Notes: generated from the letters alone by a model not told the origin. Counted from the stretch's first letter, positions 45,296-54,898 are shown. The stretch: DNA of 64,000 nt from Clostridia bacterium (GCA_017461065.1 JAFTZC010000013.1:3808-67807), one strand, 5' to 3'. A program made the numbers and translations.

Positions 45296-45393
45296 TTTGC
45301 CTTTAGGCAAAGCACTTATCGTAGCCAACGGCTAACACTTATCGTGCAAAGTTCATCTTTGCAACACTTATCGTGACGAAGTCAGCACTTATC
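45296..45393. repeat. word-hairpin array 4: (G/A)CACTTATC(G) x4
   Basis: Words start at 45312, 45335, 45364 and 45385. The hairpins are TTTGCC-TTTA-GGCAAA, TAGCC-AAC-GGCTA, TGCAAAG-TTCAT-CTTTGCA and TGAC-GAA-GTCA. Confidence 0.8.
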
Positions 45394-45457
45394 AAAAAAG
45401 CCCACTCTCCGTGGGCTTTTTGTGTTTGTGAAGTATTTCGCTAAAGAATCGCTTTAA
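45394..45457. repeat. simple terminator plus a lone right-arm motif
   Basis: AAAAAAGCCCAC-TCTCC-GTGGGCTTTTT is followed by GTATTTCGCTAAAGAATCGCTTTAA, which ends in the stop codon of the GH2 gene. No left arm and no conserved core are present. Confidence 0.65.
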
Positions 45458-47208
45458 TATTGGAGTTTTGCGTTAAGCTCCCTAATCTTTTCAAGGTCCA
45501 CCTTGACAACCTTGCGGTCGTAGGTGAGTAGTCCGTTGATTTCGTCTTCTACGTCGGTGAGCTGGGTGTATACGGTTGCCGACAAGCCTTTATCTATGAT
45601 TGGTAGAATTTGATTTTCAAATAGCTTGTGGTATGCCTTGTCAAAGCTCTCCAATGAATCGTAAGCTTTGTAGCCGAAGCTCTTTGAAAGGTTGAATACG
45701 TGACCTTCTACGGGAACCGAGTAACCACCAAACTCACTTAGGATTACCGTTCTGCCCAAACTATCTTCGCTTGGGATGGTTACGGGACGGAAGTAAATGT
45801 GTAGGGATAGGAAGTCGCCGCCGCCTTGGTCAATCCAACCGCTTGCGTGGTCGATGGGACGAGTGGTATCGTACTTCTTGATGAACTCAACTGCCTTTAG
45901 GGAATCGAATTGTCCCCAGCTTTCGTTGAATGGAACCCATAGTGCAAGGGATACCGTGTTGTATAGCGTCTTCATAGTACGCTCGGCGTCAACGTAGTAT
46001 TCGTCACGGCAAACCTTGTCTTGTCTGCCACAGAGTGAGTACCAGCTGTCCTTTGCCTTGATGTGGAATAGTCCAAGCGCGCCGTTGAATAGTTTGTTTG
46101 CGCCCATACCGCCGTTGATGAAGTCTTGCCATACGAGTACGCCAAGCCTATCACAGTGATAGTACCAACGTAGTGGCTCAATCTTAATATGCTTACGGAG
46201 CATATTGAAGCCCATCTTCTTGGTGATTTCGACGTCGTAAATCATAGCTTCGTCGCTTGGTGGGGTATACATACCGTCCGACCAATAACCTTGGTCGAGC
46301 AGACCGTTGTGGAAGTATGGCTTGTTGTTTAGCATAATACGTGGCTTGCCCTTGTCGTCCTTGCCTGCGGAATATTTACGCATACCAAAATATGAGCCTA
46401 CCTTGTCGTCGCCACAGCTTACTTCAAGGTCGTATAGCTTGGGGTTTTCGGGGCTCCATAGCTCGTAGCCACTTAGCTTCAAGGTTGCTTCGCCGCTTGC
46501 GAGTTCGCCTTCAGCGATAACCACCTCGCCGTCCTTTGCTACTACCTTGCCACCGCTGAGCTCGCCACTAACGTTTACCTTTACGTTCAAGGTGTCGCTG
46601 TCGATATCGGGAGTAATTTGAATGGAATCAATATAATTTACGGGCACGCTCTCCATCCATACCGTTTGCCATATACCAGATTGGGGAGTATAGAATATGC
46701 CACCACGCTTAATTTTTTGCTTGCCCTTTGCTTGTCCGTAGGTGTCGGATGGGTCGGTAACTTCAAGGGTAAGTTCGTTTTCGCCGTCCACGAGAGCGTC
46801 GGTAACGTCAGCGTAGAATGGGAAATATCCACCCCTATGCGTAATAACTTCCTTGCCGTTTACCATAACCTTTGCGATATAATCTACTGCGCCGAAGTGT
46901 AGTAGCACTTTGCCTACGTTGAAGCCTTCGGGAAGGGTAAACGTGCGCTTATAGTATAGGACGTCACTTGGCGTAACCATTTTTTCGACGCCGCTAAGAA
47001 TACATTCGGGCGAGAATGGCACTACGATTTTGCCTTGATACTCTTTTAGCTCATCCTTTTTGGGGAGTATTGCATAATCCCATTCGCCGTTAAGGTTGAT
47101 ATAGGAATCTCTAACCATTTGTGGGCGTGGATACTCGGGTAGCGGACAGCTCTTGTCAAGCTTTTCACCAAACGGAGTCAGTAGTTTGTCAAATCGTTCT
47201 TTTGCCAT
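45454..47208 (-). CDS. glycoside hydrolase family 2
   Basis: It has the GH2 N-terminal sugar-binding domain and TIM barrel with FNESWGQ and LSEFGG. AAGGAG RBS is present. Confidence 0.8.
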   Translation of the reverse strand: MAKERFDKLLTPFGEKLDKSCPLPEYPRPQMVRDSYINLNGEWDYAILPKKDELKEYQGKIVVPFSPECILSGVEKMVTPSDVLYYKRTFTLPEGFNVGKVLLHFGAVDYIAKVMVNGKEVITHRGGYFPFYADVTDALVDGENELTLEVTDPSDTYGQAKGKQKIKRGGIFYTPQSGIWQTVWMESVPVNYIDSIQITPDIDSDTLNVKVNVSGELSGGKVVAKDGEVVIAEGELASGEATLKLSGYELWSPENPKLYDLEVSCGDDKVGSYFGMRKYSAGKDDKGKPRIMLNNKPYFHNGLLDQGYWSDGMYTPPSDEAMIYDVEITKKMGFNMLRKHIKIEPLRWYYHCDRLGVLVWQDFINGGMGANKLFNGALGLFHIKAKDSWYSLCGRQDKVCRDEYYVDAERTMKTLYNTVSLALWVPFNESWGQFDSLKAVEFIKKYDTTRPIDHASGWIDQGGGDFLSLHIYFRPVTIPSEDSLGRTVILSEFGGYSVPVEGHVFNLSKSFGYKAYDSLESFDKAYHKLFENQILPIIDKGLSATVYTQLTDVEDEINGLLTYDRKVVKVDLEKIRELNAKLQY

Positions 47209-47346
47209 ATTTATTCTCCTTTAAGAAGTATTAACTCTACCTATTATCATAAACCAATTTATGGTATTTTGCAATACCCAATTTACGCGCGCGACCTATA
47301 AATTTTCTCTATGCAAACGGGCAAGCGTGTGGTATAATATATTGGT

Positions 47347-47937
47347 ATGAACGCACAAATGGAACTCGACAAGCTAATAGAAAAAAACAAGGCTCGCGGC
47401 ATAACGCCCAGCCTACTTCTCCACGCCTGTTGCGCCCCTTGTGCAAGCTATCCCTTGGAGTATCTAAGCGAGCACTTTGACGTTACCCTTTTCTACTATA
47501 ACCCCAACATAACGGATGAGAGCGAGTATCAAAAAAGGCTACTTGAACTAAGGCGACTTGCCCACGAATTCGGCTTCTACGTAATCGACGGCGGATACTC
47601 GGAAAACTTGTTTTTCGATACCGTAAAAGGCTACGAACAAGAGCCCGAACGCGGCAGTAGATGCAAAATATGCTTTGAACTTAGACTCAGAGAAACGGCA
47701 AAGCAAGCAAGCGGCAAATACGATTATTTTGCAACCACCCTTACCCTTTCCCCGCTCAAAAACGCCACTCTCATAAACGAGCTCGGCGAGGCTACAGGTA
47801 AGGAAACGGGCGCAAAATATCTCCCCACCGACTTCAAAAAGAAGGGTGGCTATCTTAGGTCGATAGAGCTATCCAAAAAGTACGATTTATATCGACAAAA
47901 TTATTGCGGCTGCGTCTTTAGCAAAAGAAAAGATTGA
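47347..47937 (+). CDS. queH: epoxyqueuosine reductase QueH (DUF208)
   Basis: Motifs present are LLLHACCAPCASYPLEYL, FYYNPNI and NYCGCVFS. TGgTATAAT (47330-38) ends 8 nt before the ATG, so the transcript may be leaderless. Confidence 0.85.
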   Translation: MNAQMELDKLIEKNKARGITPSLLLHACCAPCASYPLEYLSEHFDVTLFYYNPNITDESEYQKRLLELRRLAHEFGFYVIDGGYSENLFFDTVKGYEQEPERGSRCKICFELRLRETAKQASGKYDYFATTLTLSPLKNATLINELGEATGKETGAKYLPTDFKKKGGYLRSIELSKKYDLYRQNYCGCVFSKRKD

Positions 47938-47988
47938 CATATTAGGTCGTTATTTATATAATGTAGTAAATTATTTAGAGGTGCAAAA

Positions 47989-48819
47989 ATGAAGTTTGAC
48001 ATAGAATTAGTCGGCAAAGTGGGCTCAATGGCACTCATTGACAAGCAAAACAACGATATCGACTATAACGTAATCGCACGCATATCTCGTGAACTTCGCC
48101 CCGGTTACTTGTGGGTTACCTCCGGCGCGACCGAAATCGGTAGGCTGGACTATATCCATCGCAACGGCGTGGAGCTTAAAGGTGACGATAACGATATTAA
48201 AACCGACTATGCAGCACAAGGTCAGTCGATACTCCTTGAAACCTATCGTAGATTCGTCAACGCAAGCTACTCTATCCGTCAATTTTTGGTTGAGCACCAA
48301 CACTTCAACGACCCGATGAAGTGCGAGCACCTAAAGAACGCTTTGCTCCGTTGTCCAATGCAATGCGCAATACCGATTATCAACTACAACGACCCCGTTT
48401 GCTCGGAAGAAAACAGAAAGATGGAAATTCAGTCCCTCCGTTCAAAGAGCAAAAAGGTTGTCGAGTGCATTGATAACGACGAGACCGCAAGCCAAATTGC
48501 TTGCCTTGTCAAGCCCAAAAACCTACTTATTCTATCGGGCGTAGACGGCATTTTTACCGATATGAACGATAAGAGCAGCCTTGTAAAAACCATTTCGGGC
48601 AAGGATATCTACGAAGTAATCGAGCATATCGAGTACTATCAAAACTACTGTGACGGCGCATCTCGTAAAGGCGCAAACGGCGCACGTGCTAAGCTCGAGT
48701 ACGTCAAAGAGCCGGCAAAGCTCGGCACAACCATTTATATTGCTAACAGCAAGTACGGTATCAACGATATTCTAAACGAGAAGGTGCCTTGTACTAAGAT
48801 TGGCATAGATATTAAGTAA
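47989..48819 (+). CDS. amino-acid-kinase-fold protein (glutamate 5-kinase-like)
   Basis: The N-terminus is VGKVGSMALID......LWVTSGATEIGRL and the length is ~276 aa. The family-level call is from memory only. Confidence 0.45.
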   Translation: MKFDIELVGKVGSMALIDKQNNDIDYNVIARISRELRPGYLWVTSGATEIGRLDYIHRNGVELKGDDNDIKTDYAAQGQSILLETYRRFVNASYSIRQFLVEHQHFNDPMKCEHLKNALLRCPMQCAIPIINYNDPVCSEENRKMEIQSLRSKSKKVVECIDNDETASQIACLVKPKNLLILSGVDGIFTDMNDKSSLVKTISGKDIYEVIEHIEYYQNYCDGASRKGANGARAKLEYVKEPAKLGTTIYIANSKYGINDILNEKVPCTKIGIDIK

Positions 48820-48820
48820 C

Positions 48821-48850
48821 AAAAACGGCGCGAAAAAATCGCGCCTTTTT
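48821..48850 (+). terminator. rho-independent terminator
   Basis: AAAAACGGCGCGA-AAAAA-TCGCGCCTTTTT lies directly after the stop codon. Confidence 0.7.
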
Positions 48851-48862
48851 ATAATGCGAAAT

Positions 48863-48955
48863 GCGTGGCTTACGCAAGTGAAGTTGCTTCGCAGTGAAGT
48901 AACTTCGTAGTGAAGTTTGAGCTTAGCTCAAGTGAAGTTTTTAGCTGAAGCTAAA
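48863..48955. repeat. word-hairpin array 2: AGTGAAGTT x4 (forward only)
   Basis: Words start at 48877, 48893, 48909 and 48931. The hairpins are GCGT-GGCTT-ACGC, GC-TTC-GC, AC-TTC-GT, TGAGC-TTA-GCTCA and TTTAGC-TGAA-GCTAAA. Confidence 0.8.
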
Positions 48956-49032
48956 AGTTGTGGATTTATAAATTATAACCTTGTTTGCGTAGCAAAGTCA
49001 TTCAACATTCCTCACTCCTAATTCTTCACTTT

Positions 49033-49160
49033 CTAAAAACGCGATTATTTAGATGAAGAGCGCGAAAAAGGCGAATTTCCGAAAGGTTGCTGTACTTGAC
49101 GTACTGCGCCTTGAGAAAATTCGCCTTTGACAATGCTATTCGCTAAAGAATCGCGTTTTA
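49033..49160. repeat. inverted-repeat-bounded terminator element, copy E
   Basis: It has the same arms as copy B and the core GTTGCTGTACTTGACGTACTGCGC at 49086-109. The right arm ends in the stop codon of the ABC ATPase gene. Confidence 0.75.
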
Positions 49161-50252
49161 AAGTACCTTGGATAGAAACTCCTTTAGACGCTCACACTTC
49201 GGTGCGCCGAAAAGCTCTTCGGGCGTACCTTCTTCTGCGATAACGCCTTGGTCCATAAATAGTACGCGAGTTGCAACTTCTCTTGCAAAGCCCATTTCGT
49301 GGGTGACTATAACCATAGTCATACCTTCGGCTGCAATTTGCTTAATGAGGTCGAGTACTTCGCCTACCATTTCGGGGTCGAGTGCTGAAGTAGGCTCGTC
49401 AAATAGCATTACCTTTGGATTCATTGCAAGCGCTCTTACGATTGCAATACGTTGCTTTTGTCCACCACTAAGCGTCGATGGATATGCGTTTGCCTTTTCA
49501 GCAAGACCAATTCTCGTTAGAAGTTCCATAGCGTTTGCTTGAGCTTGCTTTACTACTTCTTCCTTAGTCGTAAAAGGTGCTTCTTCTTTGGTCTTATATG
49601 TGGGATACTTGATACGCATAAGCTCTCTTTCGGCAGCGTCGATTTTTGCAACGAGCTTTAGCTTTTCTTTGGTGAGATTCTTGTCGTAAGTCACCATCTT
49701 CTTGCCTGCTTTGTCAATTACGACCTTGGTTGCTTCCCACTTTTCTACTACGGGAGCAAGAAGAACGTTGGTTTCTTCGATAATCTTTCTTTGTTTTGCA
49801 AGTTTCTTGTCAATATAGGAGCAAATCTTGCTTTCGTACTTTGCAAGGAACTTGTTATAGTAAGGCATAATGATATTATTCATCTTTGCCTTACGCATCT
49901 TCTTTAGGTTGACGGTTATTGGTGCAAGCGTAATGTTATCCATTACGGTAAGGTTGTTGAACAAATTGAATTGTTGGAAAACCATACCCATATCTTGTCT
50001 GCACTCGTTGATGTCAATCTTAAGGTCGGTTAGGTCTTTGCCGTTAAAGATAACCTTGCCGACGGTAGGATCTTCCAAAACGTTCAAACAACGTAGGAAC
50101 GTACTCTTACCACCGCCACTTGGTCCGATAATGGCAATGATTTCACCTTCCTTAATGTTTTCGGTGATGTCGTCAAGGACGAGAAGATTGCCGAACTTCT
50201 TAGTTAAATTTCTAATTTCAATTAGGTTTTTTTCATTATTAACTGCGTTCAC
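49158..50252 (-). CDS. polar-amino-acid ABC transporter ATP-binding protein (GlnQ-like) carrying a ~118-aa insertion
   Basis: It has Walker [10 protein letters not shown], signature LSGGQKQR, Walker [12 protein letters not shown] and H-loop VTHE. At 364 aa it is longer than the ~240 aa I recall as typical. The extra K/E-rich segment falls between the Q-loop region and the signature motif. Confidence 0.9.
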   Translation of the reverse strand: MNAVNNEKNLIEIRNLTKKFGNLLVLDDITENIKEGEIIAIIGPSGGGKSTFLRCLNVLEDPTVGKVIFNGKDLTDLKIDINECRQDMGMVFQQFNLFNNLTVMDNITLAPITVNLKKMRKAKMNNIIMPYYNKFLAKYESKICSYIDKKLAKQRKIIEETNVLLAPVVEKWEATKVVIDKAGKKMVTYDKNLTKEKLKLVAKIDAAERELMRIKYPTYKTKEEAPFTTKEEVVKQAQANAMELLTRIGLAEKANAYPSTLSGGQKQRIAIVRALAMNPKVMLFDEPTSALDPEMVGEVLDLIKQIAAEGMTMVIVTHEMGFAREVATRVLFMDQGVIAEEGTPEELFGAPKCERLKEFLSKVL

Positions 50253-50934
50253 TTCTTTGTAACCTCCTCTCTAACAACTTCAAACCGAAGGAAATAAGGT
50301 ATACGGTAATAAAGTATACGATTGCCGCAAACAAGTAAGGGGTGATAACGTTATACGAAGTATTAACTATACCCTTGATAGCAGTAAAGAACTCACTAAC
50401 GCCGATGATAAGCGCAACCGAAGTTTCCTTCAAAAGAACTATAGCTTCGTTTCCAAGGGGTGGGAGGATGTTCTTTGCCGATTGGGGAAGGATAATTCTC
50501 TTCATCGTAGTGCCATAGCTAAGACCCACTGCCCTACCTGCTTCAAATTGACCACGGTCAACGCTCATAATACCTGCACGCATAATTTCTGCAACGTATG
50601 CCGCGCTATTCAAACCAAAACCGATGGTTGCAATGATATAAGGCGATATCTCACGATTGAAGAAAATTACGTCTGCAAAGATAACGAAGCATATAATCAT
50701 AAGTTGTACGAGTACGGGCGTACCTCTTATGACGGCAAGATAGATTTGTGAAAAAGCGTTTAACACTTTATTTATGAACTTGTCCTTAGGCAACACCATA
50801 AACACTGCAAGAATGGTGCCGAGAATGATACCTATTGCAAGAGCCATAACCGTAATTGCCAACGTCCAACCGTAGGACTTGAGCAACAACAGCAAGATTT
50901 CTTGTCTAAAAATTATACTAAAATCTAATTTCAT
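50239..50934 (-). CDS. amino-acid ABC transporter permease (HisM/GlnP type)
   Basis: It has five TM segments and an EAA loop ([24 protein letters not shown]). It overlaps the ATPase gene by 14 nt. Confidence 0.9.
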   Translation of the reverse strand: MKLDFSIIFRQEILLLLLKSYGWTLAITVMALAIGIILGTILAVFMVLPKDKFINKVLNAFSQIYLAVIRGTPVLVQLMIICFVIFADVIFFNREISPYIIATIGFGLNSAAYVAEIMRAGIMSVDRGQFEAGRAVGLSYGTTMKRIILPQSAKNILPPLGNEAIVLLKETSVALIIGVSEFFTAIKGIVNTSYNVITPYLFAAIVYFITVYLISFGLKLLERRLQRSERS

Positions 50935-51011
50935 CTATTTTTTATTCCTATAAACATAGTTTAGGGCTGTTCCTTGCGAAACAGCCCACTTTAAGTTGTA
51001 ACTAATTCTTA

Positions 51012-51824
51012 TTAACCAAAGTACTTTTGGTTGATAGCATCCATAGTGCCATCGTTCTTCATTTCGATAAGAGCTTGGTTAATCCAATCAACGAGTTCCT
51101 TGTTACCTTCTTTAACTGCGAATGCATATTCGTCGTCAAATACGGTTTCGTCACAAATCTTGGTGCCTGCATAGTTTTCTACGAACTTTTGTGCTGGGAA
51201 CTTATCGATGATAACTGCGTCAACTTTGCCTTGGGTGAGAGCAAGAACTGCTTCTGCACCGGTGGTGTACTTAGCAACTGAGCCGGGAGCTGCAAGACAA
51301 ACGTCTTCGCCTTCGCCTGCCCAATCGGGATCCATTTCAGCAAGTAGTTGACCTACGGTACCACTTTGAACGCCAACCTTCTTTCCACCGAGATCGAATG
51401 GACCTGCAATATCGCTATCGTTCTTAACGATGATAACTTGTGAGCTATCGAATACGCCGATAGAGAAGTCAAGGTTTTCATCTCTCTTTTCGCTATAGCT
51501 GATACCTGCCATTGCAATGTGTGCCTTGTTAACGCCGGGAGCGAGAAGCACTGAATCGAATTCCATATCTTCAATTACGAGTTCAACGCCGAGCTTGTCA
51601 GCAAGAGCCTTAGCGATGTCCATATCCCAACCAACGATTTTGCCGTCAGCGTCTTTGTACTCGAATGGGGGGAAGTATGCGTTGGTAGCTACTACGAGCT
51701 TGCCATATTCTTGGATGCCTGCCGGGGTAGGATCGGTGATACCCTTATCGTTGCAGCCTACGAGAGCGAGAGCGCCAACTACCATAACTGCGATTAATAA
51801 AACGGATATAATAATTTTTTTCAT
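51012..51824 (-). CDS. amino-acid ABC transporter substrate-binding lipoprotein
   Basis: It has a lipobox (LALVGCN) and family-3 SBP features (FPPFEY..., GISYSEKR). I placed the start at ATG 51824 with AAGGAGAAA upstream. Confidence 0.85.
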   Translation of the reverse strand: MKKIIISVLLIAVMVVGALALVGCNDKGITDPTPAGIQEYGKLVVATNAYFPPFEYKDADGKIVGWDMDIAKALADKLGVELVIEDMEFDSVLLAPGVNKAHIAMAGISYSEKRDENLDFSIGVFDSSQVIIVKNDSDIAGPFDLGGKKVGVQSGTVGQLLAEMDPDWAGEGEDVCLAAPGSVAKYTTGAEAVLALTQGKVDAVIIDKFPAQKFVENYAGTKICDETVFDDEYAFAVKEGNKELVDWINQALIEMKNDGTMDAINQKYFG

Positions 51825-51979
51825 TGCTAATTTCTCCTTGAAAATAGTCCTTTTTGTGTAATACTTCGATATCATAGCCCATACAAACGCATAAAGCAAC
51901 CGTTTTTATGCATAAAATTTAATTTTTTTGCATTTTCTATAATTTGGTTTTAGGCTTTGCGAATTTTGGGTGAATACTA

Positions 51980-52008
51980 TTGTAAACGCGCGATATTTAT
52001 GTTATAAT
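51980..52008 (+). promoter_or_regulatory. promoter placed for a leaderless transcript of the surface-protein gene
   Basis: TTGTAA (51980-85), a 17-nt spacer and an extended -10 TGtTATAAT (52000-08) are present. ATG 52016 lies 7 nt after the -10 with no SD. Confidence 0.5.
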
Positions 52009-52015
52009 CGGGCTA

Positions 52016-54193
52016 ATGAAAAAGATAGCGTTATACATTTGCATAAGTTTGGTGGTTTTACTCCTTTTGGGGAGTGCTTTTGCTTGCACGTCCGATACGC
52101 GCAGTATTAATTTTTCTTCCGATAGCTACACCGTATATCTTAGCGGCGGCAACGTATCCGTTACCCCAAGCGTCACTACCCGTCCAAAGGGCAACGACTA
52201 CACCCTTACGATATCAAACCCCACCATTGCAAAGATTGACGGCACCAGCGTAACCGGTCTTAAAGAAGGTATTGCAACGCTAACCGCAACCAGCGGCGAG
52301 CACACCGACACGGCAACTCTCGTGGTAAAGGCAGTATACGACGGCGAAGACGACGACTACGTAAACGACGGCAAATTCGTGGTATACTTTTCAACCGACT
52401 ATTCGGCAGTACCCGCTCAACGCGTAGCTCCGGGCGAAAAGGCAACTCTCCCTACCGCACCCCTTCGCGAAGGATACACCCTATTCGGCTGGTATACCGA
52501 CCCCGATTTTACCACGCCATACGATTTTGACACCCCCGTCAACTCCAACGTTACCTTGTACGCTCTATGGAGCGTATCCGACCCCATATTCAAGTTCACC
52601 AACGTAAACGACGCCGTATACGTAAGCGGATTTAAGTATTCCTATATCCCCTACGAAAGTGCAACGCTCCCTGCTACCGACGATAGCGGCAACGTGGTAA
52701 CGGGCGTATATGCAGGAGCGTTCAAAAACAACTCCAAGCTCCAAAGCGTAACTATCCCCGATAGCTATACTAAGATTTTCAGCTCGGCGTTTGAAAACTG
52801 CACGGCACTAAAGAGCGTAACCTTTGGTGGTGCAGGGCTCCAAGTTATCGAAGAACTTGCCTTTAGCGGTTGCACCGAGCTTCACACCGTCGAATTTGGC
52901 GGCGAAGGTCTAACCACTATCAGCAACTCTGCTTTCTTTGGCTGTGCTAAGCTCGTCAGCATCAATATCCCTGCTTCGGTTTCAAAAATCGGCGTCAGCG
53001 CCTTTGAAGGTTGCAAGAGCCTAAACCTAACCAAGCTACCAAGTAGCTTGAAAGTTATAGAAATGCGCTCGTTTGCAGGCACGGCGCTCACTTCCATAGA
53101 CCTAAGCAGTATCGAAGCAATATACAACCAAGCTTTCTGGGGTGCAACGCTTCTCTCCACCGTCAAAAATCCCGACTCACTCGTAACGGTAGGTAGCTAC
53201 GCATTCGGCAGCCTTCTTTCAAGCGAAGCAGGCGAATCCACTCCCTGGCTTCGTAACACTTCCGAAACTTCTAAGTGGGGGGATAAGGAAGGCGCCAATG
53301 TCACCTATCTAGGCAACGTTCTTCTCTACGTCAGTCCCGTAGGCGTCGGCACCAAACCCCTACCCATATACGTAAAAGCCACCACTAAGACCATTGCAGG
53401 TCAAGCATTCAGCGACGTCGAAAACGCTATGGCTTACTTTATCGGCGCCACCCCACCCACCTATGGTACCAACGCATTCGGCGGTATGACGGAACCCACT
53501 CTCGATATCGTAGTACCTATTGGCAAGACGGAAACCTACGCTAAAGCTTGGCTTATCACTTCAACTGACGAAGACGGCTATTACGTGCCGAGCGCATACT
53601 CCCTTGCACTAATCGAGCGCATATACGAGTTCACCACCATATACGACCCAACACTCGTCGGTATGACTATGTATACTCGCACGCCACTCAAAAACTACAG
53701 CACGGTTGCAGGCGAAAGCATCCTATACAGCAAGCTTAACGCAGCGCAAGCAAATGACCCATACGCAGGCATATCGTTTAGCGAAACCGAAAAGAACTAC
53801 GTTATACACGCCTACCAAGGCACGGCAACCGAGCTCGACCTAAACGCAATGTTCACTGCAGACGCCGGCACCAAGACGGTTACCATCGATAGAATTTGCC
53901 CCTACGCGTTCAACGTTAACGACACTTTGCAAAAGCTAATTCTCCCGGCTCGTATCAAGAGCATAGACGACAGCGCCTTTATGGAGTGCTACAAGCTAAC
54001 CGAGCTTAGACTCGTAGGCGACGGCACCTTTGCACCCTTGTCCGAGCATATCAGCCAATATAGTTTCAGCGGACTACTTGACTCGCTAAAGATTTACGTA
54101 CCATCTGCTCAACTCGAAAAGTACAACACTCGCTGGGCAGTCAAGTGCGCTTCTCTCAAAAACAAATTCGTAGGATACGCCGAGGAAGAATAA
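52016..54193 (+). CDS. surface lipoprotein with an Ig-like domain, a Listeria/Bacteroides-type repeat and BspA-type LRRs
   Basis: It has a lipobox (SAFACT), a Big_2-like segment (GIATLTATSGEHTDTATLVVKA), YTLFGWYTDPDFTTPYDFDTPVNSNVTLYALW, and LRR units such as IPDSYTKIFSSAFENCTALKSVTF. Confidence 0.75.
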   Translation: MKKIALYICISLVVLLLLGSAFACTSDTRSINFSSDSYTVYLSGGNVSVTPSVTTRPKGNDYTLTISNPTIAKIDGTSVTGLKEGIATLTATSGEHTDTATLVVKAVYDGEDDDYVNDGKFVVYFSTDYSAVPAQRVAPGEKATLPTAPLREGYTLFGWYTDPDFTTPYDFDTPVNSNVTLYALWSVSDPIFKFTNVNDAVYVSGFKYSYIPYESATLPATDDSGNVVTGVYAGAFKNNSKLQSVTIPDSYTKIFSSAFENCTALKSVTFGGAGLQVIEELAFSGCTELHTVEFGGEGLTTISNSAFFGCAKLVSINIPASVSKIGVSAFEGCKSLNLTKLPSSLKVIEMRSFAGTALTSIDLSSIEAIYNQAFWGATLLSTVKNPDSLVTVGSYAFGSLLSSEAGESTPWLRNTSETSKWGDKEGANVTYLGNVLLYVSPVGVGTKPLPIYVKATTKTIAGQAFSDVENAMAYFIGATPPTYGTNAFGGMTEPTLDIVVPIGKTETYAKAWLITSTDEDGYYVPSAYSLALIERIYEFTTIYDPTLVGMTMYTRTPLKNYSTVAGESILYSKLNAAQANDPYAGISFSETEKNYVIHAYQGTATELDLNAMFTADAGTKTVTIDRICPYAFNVNDTLQKLILPARIKSIDDSAFMECYKLTELRLVGDGTFAPLSEHISQYSFSGLLDSLKIYVPSAQLEKYNTRWAVKCASLKNKFVGYAEEE

Positions 54194-54194
54194 T

Positions 54195-54887
54195 ATGATT
54201 GCAATATATATTCTCGCGCCGTTATCCATTATTTTAGGCACCCTAAGCGGTTACTTTAATATTGCCAAAAAGCCCGTATCCCGTATTTTCACCAAGGGAT
54301 TGGGCTCTCTTTTATTTACGGCTTTAGCACTCGTAACCATTTACCTAAAGGGCGCTTCCCTATACGGCATTTTGGTGCTCGGCGCACTTATACTCGGAAT
54401 GGTAGGCGACCTATATCTTTGTATGAACAAGGATTTCGTCCTAAAGGAAAAGGCAAACGTGCTGTTCTTTATCGGTGGCAGTTGCTTCTTTGGTGGACAC
54501 GTTTTGTTTGGCGTAGTCTATCTAATCAGCGTACCCTTTGAGCTTTACCTTATCCCCTGCCTATTCGTGCTTCCAATGCTACTTGCAGTTGCACTAATAG
54601 TTGGCAAAAACAAGATAAAGCTTGGTAAACTCACCCCCTTCGCTTTTGCTTACGGCTTTATACTTAACCTTATGCTCGTTGTCACCGTCAACGCCTTTAT
54701 CCACAATATAGATAACGTGTTCGGTGTTTTGAGCCTTATTGCCGGCATTCTATTCGTAATTTCCGACGGCTCTCTTTTATTCAAGGAATTTTCACACCTA
54801 AAAGGCAACCCTGTGCTAATTTACGTCGTACTCGTAACCTACTACGTAGCACAATGCCTATTTGCAACGTCAATTCTTTTCTATTAG
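54195..54887 (+). CDS. YhhN-family (lysoplasmalogenase-like) membrane protein
   Basis: It has about 8 TM segments with GMVGDLYL and FVISDGSLLF motifs. Confidence 0.6.
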   Translation: MIAIYILAPLSIILGTLSGYFNIAKKPVSRIFTKGLGSLLFTALALVTIYLKGASLYGILVLGALILGMVGDLYLCMNKDFVLKEKANVLFFIGGSCFFGGHVLFGVVYLISVPFELYLIPCLFVLPMLLAVALIVGKNKIKLGKLTPFAFAYGFILNLMLVVTVNAFIHNIDNVFGVLSLIAGILFVISDGSLLFKEFSHLKGNPVLIYVVLVTYYVAQCLFATSILFY

Positions 54888-54898
54888 GAGATTGAGAT

